This document shows, piece by piece, positions 1-11,139 of a stretch of DNA of 64,000 bases (the first letter of the stretch is position 1; every line of letters begins with the position of its first letter). Under the pieces are notes generated by a model. It was not told the DNA's origin and did no database searches. It saw only the letters and a list, made by a program, of their open reading frames with translations. The position numbers and the translations under genes were made by a program. The stretch is from Octopus vulgaris (lineage: Eukaryota), in NCBI GenBank assembly GCA_951406725.2, contig OX597819.1, forward strand, positions 3,472,001 to 3,536,000. The letters run 5' to 3'.

Positions 1-1026
1 GGGGAATTCATCGTGTAGCCAAAATATGAATAAAGAAATGAGAATTTATTAAGGTATAAAGGAAAGCTATTTACAGAAAACATACATATTAAAAAGCAAA
101 CACATTAATTCAGAAAAATAATGTTTCTCTCGAAAAAGAGGAAGTTGTACAGCGGAAGAAAATTTCTCTCTAATGCCAAATACAGCATTGAGATACAAGT
201 TATTGAACAAAAGAGATAAATTTTTTTATCTCTGAAAGAAATACATAGATATCATTGCTATCAGACGTCTATTCCAGCAAAGCAATTGTATCTAACAGCA
301 TTGATGGAATTTTTAAAAGTATCATAAATTTTATATGGTAATCTACATAGAAATGATTTATTTTAAGTCTCTGTTTTGTTGTAGCACTCAATATTCACGA
401 GTAGCTGATATCAAATAACGAATTATATTTGTGCAACTACGTAAACGTGATATCTTCACCAGCATGAAAACAAATATTACTCACACAAATGAAACAATTT
501 TGCATTTCACTTACTTAAGTTACACAACTAAATAGCAGAATCAAAACCTTCCAACACATTGCAATTACTTGATCTCACAATCTCTTAATTTCTTATGTGA
601 CTCTACATATGACCATCGACAAAATATGCATTACAAAGTTTTACCTCAGAAGCCAGAAAATGCTTCAGTATTGATCAGTTGCGGATATACACGTTACACA
701 CACCCGTCCTACACCACATCAAAAAGATAGTTAATCATCTGTTGGCAAATATTCATTCTTCTATTCAAGCAATCAGTCACATACACATGTTTTAACAGTA
801 ATATTTCTTTTGTTATTTTGTTCAATATTTGTAATGACTAGATAACACTACTGTCTATATTGTTTGTTTACATAGTAAAAAAAACAACAACAAAAAACAG
901 GTGTGTACCATTCTGTGCAAATTCCATAATATTCTGATAAATAATGGACTATTCTAATTTCTGATGCAACACAATTAGCATAAATACTTTGGATATGTTG
1001 TCCTGTGGAACAATGCTGAGATATAT

Positions 1027-1208
1027 ATTTCTTTATTACCCACAAGGGGCTAAACATAGAGGAGACAAACAAGGACATACAAAGGGATTAAGTCGATTAA
1101 ATCTACCCCATTGCATAACTGGTACTTATTTCATCGACCCCGAAAGGATGACAGGCAAAGTCGACCTCGGCGGAATTTGAACTCAGAACGTAACGGCAGA
1201 CGAAATAC
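1027..1208 (-). mobile_element. SINE family 1 (tRNA-headed, tail A): body and tail of a copy split by a Tx1 LINE
   Basis: Matches copies at 18.0-18.6, 23.7 and 43.1 kb. The head continues at 6508-6555. Outer TSD TGCTGAGATATAT at 1014-1026 and 6559-6571. Confidence 0.9.
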
Positions 1209-1489
1209 AAATTTCTTTATTGCCCACCGGGGGCCAAACATAGGTATGGACAGAACAACTGATGGGATCAGTGAAGCGATATGATTTTACATAAATGTGA
1301 CTTTAAAAATAAAATACAATATATAAAAAATCGAATGGAATAAACAATACAAAAACAATACAAATGAAGCGATGATCAGGTCACGCTCCGACCCCACAAG
1401 CCCCGATCTACCGCTGATACCTTTTTTTCCGGTCTATTCATAGACATGCTTCCATCTCTTTTGGAACGTACACTCCGGCAGACACCTCT

Positions 1490-4400
1490 TCTCCAGCCAC
1501 AGTTTCCTTTTCAAATAAAAAGAAAAAAAAAAGATCGTAAATTGTGACCAGTAATAAAGTTGTCTATCTTAATTCCTTTTATCCTAGTCTTCCATACTGC
1601 CTCTTTTGCTATTGCTACAACCACGAGAAAACAATTCTTACCTTCGTTCGTTAGAACTCCCGGTGGGTCAATTTTTATAATTGACTCAGTCGACAGCTGT
1701 ACTCTTCTTTCGCCGGACAACAGGCGTTCAGCATAAGCCCACATTTCAGTTATCTCCAGACACTGAACAATAGCGTGAGGGACGATTTCCCTGTCTCCCC
1801 CCCCCCGCATCTTGAACAGGTCGGCGACTGATGTTTACCATGTCTTGCGAGCTTATCCCAAACGGGCAAGGCACCTCTGTAGCTTTGTCAGGTTAAGGAC
1901 TTTTGGAAGTTGTCCAACGTTCTCAACCCGAATGTACGATGAAACAGGCTGTCCAGTTGAATAAATCCGAGACCTAGAGTCGACCCCAGGCCATCGTCGC
2001 ATTCAGACTCTACCAACCCACTATATAAAATCGTGTGGAACCCCCACCACTGGCGTTGTCCGAGCGCCAGAATAGCAAGAGGGCCTTACGGCACTCTTTA
2101 TGCCACTCACTCGACCTTGGTCTACAAGAACACCAGGCTTCCTGTTCGCAAAAACTCTTGATCTCAGGAAACATTTGTCTGGCCAGCGGAGACCACACCC
2201 GTTCACTATCCAGGAGAATCCAGAGGAGCCTCAGCCTTAACGCATGTCTGCGCACCATTAACCAAGGCATCCCTAAACCTCCCTTTAAATGCTATTGACA
2301 GCAGACAGAGCGTTTCACAAGTGGCGACCTGCCCTTCCACAAAAAGCGAAAGAGCTGTCTCTCCAACCTGATCAACCACGAATCCGGACAGGGCACGACG
2401 GTCAAGCGGTAGGTAATGACCGATGCGATATACACATTGGCCACCTCAGCCCTCCCTTTCAGGGATAGCCACCGCCAAGGCCAGGTCTTGACTACTGCAG
2501 CCACCCTGCTCAATACCTCCGTCCAGTTCTTCTCTATCTGGAGGCCTGGTCCAAACCAGACTCCCAGCAACTTAACCGATCCATCCGTCTAGCGCCCAAC
2601 AACGCTGTCTGAAGGCATCGACTTGCCAACCCAGGTGCCGAGCTGCAAGCCGACCGACTTTTCCCGGTTAATCTTTGCTCCTGCTACCTCCTCGTAAGCC
2701 TCAATAGTCTTACCCACTTCACGTAGGCGTGCTACTGTGGTTACGCTGATAGTGATATCATCCGCGAAAGCCGTAACAAACTCCTCTAGTCCTGGTTCTC
2801 TCGGGATGCTACTCAATCTTCGCAGTAATGGCTCGAGATCCATCACATACAAAAGTGGTGAAAACGGACATCCTTGATGAACCGAGCGTTTGATGCAGAA
2901 CGGCTTCGAAAGAAACCGTTCACCCGAACTATCGAGTCAATGTTGTGGTACAAAGCGATAAACCACCTGAGGAAGCCAAGATCCAGGCCAAACCGCACAA
3001 GCACAGTCGCTAGGTATCGATGGTCAACCCTATCAAAAGCTTTAGACTGGTCCAAATGCACCAATGCCCCACCTTTACCAGATTTATTACCAACCCTCTC
3101 TATGGTATAGCGAATAATATGGAGGGTATCCTGAATGGTTCTGCCTGGGATAGCGCATGTCTGTGCCTCCCCGACTATACCATTCGCGACACACGCCAAC
3201 CTTTTTGCTAGAACCTTGGCCAAAATCTTCAATTCTGCGTTTAACAGAGTGATGGGCTTGAAATTCTCTAGAACGTTCCCCTTGTCCGGGTCCTTTCTGA
3301 CCAACGTCACTACTCTCCGGCGCACAGATCTGGGGACAAACCCGTTCTTTTGCCAGTTCGCGTACACGTCAGCCAGTAGTTGCCCGAACAAGTCTGGCAT
3401 ACATTTATACAGCTCGTACGGAAGACCATCAAGTCCCGGCGACTTACCCGCTTTACAATCGGCCAAAGCCTCGAATCACCTCCTCAGGCGTGATTGGCCC
3501 TTCGCAAGACTCCGCATCCGACCCCGAAAAGCACGGCAGCCCGGCAAGAAAGTCCTCGAGGGCTCTCTCACCACCAGGACCGCCGTCACCCCCGAACAGC
3601 TGGGCGAAGTACTCCCGAAAGACCTCACACATTTTCTCGGGCTCGTTTACCAAGACACCATTTTGATTCGTTAAAGACTGAATAGAGGAACTATTTCCTT
3701 GCCGAGCTTCCACCACTCGCGCCCATCCAGCGGCCTTGACTTCTTCACTTCCCATTGCACGTAACTTAGCTCTGGCAATACTTCCCATGTGTTGGGCTTC
3801 AAGATGCTGGTTTAACTCCAGTCTGTTCACCCTCGCTTGGTCTGCATTACCAGTCCTCCAGGCTTCTTCTAGTTCCTTAACTAGACCATCTCCTATTCTA
3901 CGTCCCTTCTTAGCTAAACTTATGTTAAACCTAATAGACTCATATTTGATGGCTCTTTTTAGGGCGTACCACCATTTGTTATTAATGATGGTACCTGTTA
4001 ATTCTTTCTGTATTAACATCTTCATCCGCTTTCTGTACTCCTCAATCGCTAAAAGGGACGTATTGAGTTTCCAGTAGCCAGATCCCTGTCTATGCAACTT
4101 ATCTACCGTCAGTTTACAGGTAACCATTTTGTGGTCACTGTAGCTGACTAGAAAACACTGTGGACACACAACTATGCACTTATCTATTTCTCTAATTAAA
4201 ATCCTATCTGGATATGTTCTGGTAGTCCCGTCACTATTTGACCACATCCACTGTGGAGTGTTCGGGTGCTCCAACCTATATGGATCTGCTAGCTGAAATT
4301 GACTTAGCAGATCACGAAAGCCTGGGTTACATTTTCTGTTCATGTTCGAGCTCGAGCCAACACAATCTGTGTGTGCTGCACATATTGTGTTAAAGTCTCC

Positions 4401-4816
4401 TAACAATACTAGTGAATGCGACGTGGCTAGGAACTTTCCCAGGTCACGAAAATATTCAGTTTGCGGGCCAATAATGTTTGGTGCGTAAATAGCGACCAGA
4501 CTGATCGTCTTGCCACAACTGAATGTCAGGTCAAGAACGACCAACCTGCCTTCTGGGTCAGAAAAAAACAACTTTTTCTCGGCTACCCGGTTTCTTTTTA
4601 GTAGGACCAACACTCCACCCCACCTCCCGCCCAACTCGGAGAAACGTATTTCTCGTAGCCGTTCAGGAGGGGGAGCAGATATCTTGGCCCCTTCACCCGG
4701 GTTTCCGTTGCAACAATTACATCCAAATTTCTCGACTTTATGTCATTTAGAAAGCGTCCTTGCTGCCAGCTTGACATCAGACCACGAACATTTATACAAC
4801 CAATGTGGATAGACAT
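1490..4816 (-). pseudogene. Tx1 ORF2 (APE endonuclease + reverse transcriptase), broken into several frames
   Basis: MSIHIGCINVRGL start, LLGDFN, SDH, KSPGLDGLP, FKPITLLNAELKILAK, LDQSKAFDRVDH, AFADDI, LSLKGRA and C-x2-C...HAIVQC motifs in consecutive ORF fragments. Confidence 0.9.
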
Positions 4817-4831
4817 GACTTACCTGCTTAA

Positions 4832-6366
4832 TCAGGATTGTCCGATGGAGGTCGACGGTCTTGGGAAATAGATTTGTCTCACCACCGACACAGAATTATC
4901 AGGTGGAGGGGGAGTCTCCACCTTTTCCTTTTCTCGCGGGATCGGGGCTGGTAATCCATGAAATATAGACTTGTTAAAATCTAATTTCATTGACGATACT
5001 GTCTTTCGGTATTTGTTTTGTAAAATTCTATGAGTCTTATTTGAGACTTCATACAAGTCGTAACTTCACCAACCTCGCTAGTCTGAAATTAATTGCAACA
5101 CCCTTTCTATATATTGCACCTTATCTTCAAATTAATCTAAACTCTCGTAAAGTAAAGAGGCAAGAAATTTGGAACGGTGGAAGTAAGGTTCACCAACAAA
5201 GAAATCGCACAAAAGAACTCAGTATCTTTAGTGTATACGGCTATTATGCCTTTTTCTTCTTTTTCTCTTCTGGCAATCTTTTTTGGTCGTTGTTCTGTAG
5301 TAGTCGCCGCTCTCGGTAGAGTTGCTGGTTGTATTTTTCTTTTGTTTGTTGTTTTCTTCTCATCTTTTTCTTCTTCCTCTTTTTATTTTTTCTCCTCTTC
5401 CTCATTTTCCTTCGAATGTGACCTAATTGACCACATAAAAAACATCGAGGTTTTCGGCCCTCAACAAACACCACGAGGTTCTCCTCCCCTACCTCAATTG
5501 TCTCGGGAATTGCGTGAATTATTTTAGGGTCCGCTTGAATGAGGAGATTAATTGTTTGACTATCCCAGTGTTCGTTTTCGGTAGCGGTAGCCTGGAGGAG
5601 AGTAATTTTCTCTTCCTCTTTGATTAGGACTGCCGCCAACAACCACATAGGGTCCACTTCCGGTGGGACCCTTGTAATTTTAATTCTGGACGTTCTCATC
5701 CCCATATAGGTGGGGATGAGCTCCACGTCGTTCGTTTTCAGCGTTTCTACTGAGTTCTTTTGTGCGTTCCGAATTTCTTGCCTCTTCTCAGATAAACTAC
5801 GTCGCACCATATTGCCTTCAAGCATTTTTCTATCTTGTCTTCTATAATACTTTCAATTCTTCTTTTTTGTAAACAATAAGTTTTGAAAATTATTGTTTTT
5901 TGTTTTTCTTCTTGTAGTAACTTTTCCGGAGGTTGAATTTTGACAACGTTGTCATTTATTTTCATCATTTGGCCTATATTTCATAAAGTCACTCTTATTC
6001 ATCGAAAGCAGTCGGGTTCCACCCCCAGCTGCAAGCGCAAAACTTTTTTTTCCATTTTTTGGTTCTGTCTCGATGCTAGGTACATCAGTCATTCTTTTGG
6101 ACACAATGCCCTTGTTCTCTGGCAAATTCGGAAACTCTTCTGGTGAAAGTTCTGACGAGCTTTCAGACACATCTAAAAAAAAAATCAAATAAACTATCCA
6201 TTCTGCCATTCCTTCTTGTAACGGGGGAAACCCTTATTTCTCTGTTTGTAGTTGGCTCCTTGTCGGACATGTAATTCCTCCTCTCAACAGGAGAAACAAA
6301 CATTTCTACTCCAACGGTAGGCTCCTTGCTAGACGACATTCTTCCCCCCAACGGGGGAATGAACAA
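4832..6366 (-). pseudogene. Tx1 ORF1 (gag-like, CCHC zinc knuckle), frameshifted
   Basis: VEGRKPRCFLCGQLGHIRRK knuckle followed by a charged tract. Ends 16 nt before the ORF2 ATG. Start codon uncertain. Confidence 0.75.
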
Positions 6367-6507
6367 CGCGTGCTACTACAAGCACTAAGTGTTTTCAAAT
6401 GAAAACTCCAACAGTTAAGTAATTCAACAATTTAACAAATAACAACAGTTATTAACACCAAGAAACAGCAATTTTCACCACGAACACATGTGCGACAGAC
6501 GAAATAC

Positions 6508-6555
6508 GGCTACGCATTTCGTCCGGCGTACTAACGATTCTGCCAGCTCGCCGCC
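6508..6555 (-). mobile_element. SINE family 1 5' head (A-box part), other half of the split copy
   Basis: Minus-strand GGCGGCGAGCTGGCAGAATCGTTAG... matches heads at 18590-18639, 23840-23889 and 43330-43378. Confidence 0.9.
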
Positions 6556-6823
6556 AATTGCTGAGATATATGTATGACAGATATTTGAAGTGCATGACGA
6601 AAATTTTGACCTTAGAGTCAGAATATGGGAGAGAATTTTGTTAGGAATTTCGATTCTGACCGATTTCTATTAGAATATTTAACTTTTGATAAAGTGTTAA
6701 TTACATTACAAATCTTGAATTTAGACGTTAACTCAAAAATAGACGTGTGAAATGATTTTCGCTTGATAATTGTGTATCAGTAGACGTGTTTGAAGGCTTG
6801 AAATACAACAACAACAAACGCAG

Positions 6824-7150
6824 TGGAGGCGCAATGGCCCAGTGGTTAGGGCAGCGGACTCGCGTACGGAGGATCGCGGTTTCGATTACCAGACCGGGCG
6901 CTCCGGCAGGGGGTGGTGGCGACCCCTGTTGTACTCTTTCGCTCCAACTTTCTTCCTGTTTCTTGTTCCCGACTTCCTACGCAACCGCTGAGCCTGGATG
7001 CGCATTCATCCATCCATCGATGCTCTCGGTGTCAGGGGTTGACCTGCTTTCTCTTCTGCGTGTCTTACGAATAGCAAAGGACCACATTTCGGACTTCTAT
7101 CATCTTGCGAGCTCTGGGACGAAGACCGTTCGCTCAACAGCAACAACAAT
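6824..7150 (+). mobile_element. SINE family 3 (tRNA-Arg-like head, CAA-rich tail)
   Basis: GGAGGCGCAATGGCCCAGTGGTTAGGGCAGCGGACTCGC...GGTTTCGATT head with A/B boxes; same head at 39.3 and 40.0 kb. Confidence 0.8.
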
Positions 7151-7879
7151 CGCAACAACAATACTGGATGCTGATAATGCTGCATGTTTAAATATTGTTT
7201 GTAGCTTAATAGTTGTGAAGATACAGGCAAAGTCACCTCGATTTTTAAAACAATGGTGTTTAAAATGATTGCCTGATAATATTTTCGTGTCTCAGATGTA
7301 GAAAACAGTTTTACTATTTAAGCAGTGCTTCGCTATATTATAATCCAAATAAATTTCTTGACACATGCCACTAGCGAAAAGTAGCTACTTCAAGTAAACT
7401 TTTAAATTGCTTTTTAGCATGTTACATTTACATTAAGATTATCTGTTTTATCATTAGAATATTAGATCTCCTACAACATTAAAAATTTCTTTCTGTTTTG
7501 TAAATGTCAAAATGTAAAAAACTCTATATACATGTCAAACACCCCTCTTTATCTCACCTTTAGTATGTCGAAGTGAGACCTTCCCAAAATTGCATCTTGT
7601 CATTTTTTATTCACTTTAATCTTTTGCTTGAATGGTCACAATTCTCAACATTGTTTTTATTTTTAACATATTTTTTTTCACTATATCCTATACAAAATCC
7701 TAGATTTAAAGATTATTTTCTATTTGGTACTTTAGGAGGACATGATGTAAAATATATCGAAGAAATTATAGAACATCTAGAATTAGATATTAACAAGTCA
7801 GAATATATAAATAGTTGGGTAATATTTTTAGTCATAGACTTAGATCTGTGAGGATCTAAGTCTATGACTAAAAAGGCGT

Positions 7880-8400
7880 TTCCGATAATCTCGGTTTTGA
7901 GCATAGTCGCCTGAGTTTCCCTGGTGACTCTAAGTCGCTTGAGATCTTCTTCGAAGGTGGCACACCATGTATCCTTGGGTTTCCCGCCTTTTTTTCATCT
8001 CTCTAGCGGTACTCATTGTATAACAATCTCGGGCATTTGTTCTTGGTTCTTGTGGCAATGGTAAAACATGACTTGAAAGTCTAATTTGTCTTTCCACTAC
8101 AATCTCCCAAAGGCTGCGTGGATTGGTTCTTCTTGGGACTTGAGAGTTTGTGATTCTGCATAGCCACCAATAGAGAGAATGCATTCAACCTCTGAATGAT
8201 TTTGACAGTCATTCTCCAAGACTCTCTTGCATGGACTAATCGAAGAGCTTGGCCAGATCTTGTCGGTCGATTCCTCTGAACACTGCTGCTGCATGCCCGA
8301 TTCTGAAGTTGACATCTGCTCTGTAATATAATTGCGGCCCAGGTAGGTTATTGATTCACAAGAATTTGAGTCTTTCGTTGTCCACTGACCTGCATCACCA
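7880..8400 (-). mobile_element. Decayed RTE-like LINE fragment (RT C-terminal region)
   Basis: Residual peptides HAAFGRL and RQIRLSSHVLPLPQE resemble the RTE-type thumb region. Confidence 0.5.
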
Positions 8401-9189
8401 AGAAAATAATGCTGGAATAATAATCCTCACATAATTTAATCTTTAAGATAATTTCATTAGACAAAATATCTAATAAAATGCAGAAGGCTTCCCAAATTTG
8501 AATGTAATTCTTGCTCAAAGGTTATGTTAATTATACCAATTTCGTTCAAGCTCCAGTAAGTGCTGGTTTAAACGGATCTTTATAAAATTTAACATCTTTT
8601 ATTTACTTAAGCATTCATTTAAGCAAATATTGCAGAAAATATATCAACTTTTGAGGATTGATTCTGCATGTAACCGTATGATCGATGCATTTTCTATAAA
8701 AACTAAAGGAATCAAATGTTCTCATTGATATCAGCAGCCGTTAAACGCAAATTGCTTAAAAAAATGTATTACTTTACGAGAGTTTAGATTAATTTGAAGA
8801 TAAGGTGCAATATATAGAAAGGGTGTTGCAATTAATTTCAGACTAGCGAGGTTGGTGAAGTTCAAAACTGAAAGCATAGATAAGGGAAGAGTTCCAAAGG
8901 GATCCGCGTGAGTATATGCGAATTGATTTTATATTACAGAGGAAAGGTTGACGAATCTGGTAGAACAAGCGGAGCAGCAAAGGTTAAAATAATTTTAGAC
9001 GATATAATGGACGCAAACAGAAACAATAATCATAATATATGTATGAAGGTTTTTGCAATCAGACAAATAGCAACTTTTAAAAGTATATGCCTGGAGGGTA
9101 TATACCTGGTGCAAAGTTTTAGATAAGTTAGATATACATTAACGAAAGTTGTAACAGAAGTTTTTACAGAGAGAGAACTTGTCCACCGT

Positions 9190-9219
9190 CATACATACAT
9201 ACATACATACATACATACA

Positions 9220-9251
<32 letters not shown>

Positions 9252-9336
9252 CACACACACATACATACATACATACATACACACATACACATACATACAC
9301 ACATACATACATACATACATACATACACACACACAT

Positions 9337-9392
<56 letters not shown>
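9190..9392. repeat. (CATA)n/(CA)n/(TA)n compound microsatellite
   Basis: Direct reading of the sequence. Confidence 0.95.
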
Positions 9393-9427
9393 GATATGAT
9401 ATATACTTATATAATATACATGATATA

Positions 9428-9632
9428 TAGTAATCCCTCGCCGTACCGCGGTTCACCTATCGGGCACTCAGTGCATCGCAGATTTTTTTGGCTAATATAT
9501 GTAAATTTATATCGTGGATCCACAGAATATCGCGAGTTTCTGCGGCCGATAGGTATTTATATTTTTTTATATTTTAATTATTTCTGTGGGAGGTTTTGAA
9601 ATGTAACACCTGCGATAGTCGAGGGGTTGCTG
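9428..9632. mobile_element. MITE, Tc1/mariner-pogo type
   Basis: Imperfect TIRs TAGTAATCCCTCG / CGAGGGGTTGCTG with flanking TA; about 205 bp; no coding capacity. Confidence 0.7.
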
Positions 9633-9693
<61 letters not shown>

Positions 9694-10169
9694 TATATAT
9701 GTATAGAATATATATGCAATATGTATATTTATCAAATGGTATATCTAATGTATATATGATACATATGTATCATATATATTATGTGTGTATAATTTTTTTA
9801 TATATAATATATACGCCTACCTTTTACTTGTCGCAGTCATTTGACTGTGACGAAGACTAGCCGAAATTTGGAATGCACTGTGACTACCACTTCTTGCAAA
9901 AAGGTTAACAAGTATGTACAATACACGCGTGCACGCACACACACGCATGTGACAAAATTATGTACACACACTTTAACTGTAGGTAACTCAATTTTAATTT
10001 CTTTTTAGATTTAACCCATCTGATAGAAAGAATGAAGGGAATCAGACTAAGATTTGAAAGAAGGAAGTGTTTCCTATATTGCTATCTCAAGTTTGAAAAT
10101 GCAGTCGAAGTGCCAAGACAGTTTAGAAGGGCGTTTTAAACAGATCCACCTTCACAACTTACCATCACT

Positions 10170-11040
10170 TGAATTAAGGATAGGTTTGTATTTTTTTAAG
10201 GGGCTCGTGAAAATGTCATCAAAAAACGTTCCAGATGACCGCGCACATCGTCGAGTCCCACAAAGCTAGAGAACTACGGCCATGATGGCGAACCGCTGTT
10301 AGCTTTGATACAATTTAACTATTTGAAGCCGCCTCTGATGTGTGTCATTTGGTGTTACTGCTTTCATCTGTGTTTTCTGCCGCGAGGTATGTTCATCCGG
10401 AATTCCGGCTTGGAGGAGTTCCAGTTCTGTTTTGAAGACACCTACAGCCAGCCCATGTTGCACATTCGGACTTTTTGAGATGCTATTGAAGAGCTGTTAG
10501 CCCTTGAAACTCAGGCTGTTGCAGTATCTTGCCCTGTATCCTGATGACAATGTTGTTATCTTTGGCACTATGCAGTGGTGCCCCATTCTGCTGTTTGTAT
10601 AATTTTCAATGCCAAAGTTTGGTACAAGCCCTTCCAGGATTTTCCAGATGTATTCCACCTCATATTTTTTCTGTTTTTCATTGTAGGGAGTATAGTCTTA
10701 ACTTTTTCAGTCTCTCCCAGTATCTGACATGTCGCATTGAGACGATCTTCTTTGTGTCGCTTTTTGGATTACTTCGAGTTCCGCCATTAATTTTACATTG
10801 TGTAGTGACCATAGTTGGGAGTAGTAGTCTACACGGTTGAGAACAAATGTCCCCGAGGGACCATCATGGTTTACTGTTGTAAGTTTCAATCCGGCCAGGC
10901 ACCTTCATTTTATTGCCAACCAAACAATATTCACCTGGGAAGATGCATCATTATTTATGTCAATGCTCAGGTCGTGTGGACTGATTTTAATTCAGAGATT
11001 ACAATTCGTCAGGGCTAATATATCCTGTCTGCATTTCATT
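10170..11040 (-). mobile_element. CR1-group LINE 3' fragment
   Basis: Frameshifted peptides NRVDYYSQLWSLHNVKLMAELEVIQ and RYWERLKKLRLYSLQ...YIWKILEGLVPN, typical of CR1/L2-group RT C-termini. Confidence 0.75.
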
Positions 11041-11097
11041 CAGCTACATATATTGTTGCTCATTAATACATGCATACCTTAACGTCTGTATTTATGT

Positions 11098-11139
<42 letters not shown>

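Larger units (their letters stand above)
1209..6495 (-). mobile_element. Near full-length Tx1-clade (L1 group) non-LTR retrotransposon, frameshifted
   Basis: ORF1 with zinc knuckle, ORF2 with APE + RT + C-terminal Zn motif, 3' AATAAA. 12-bp TSD CAGACGAAATAC at 1197-1208 and 6496-6507. Confidence 0.9.

Noticed and set aside
3135-3674. 179-aa plus-strand ORF
   Set aside because: Antisense shadow of the Tx1 RT coding region.
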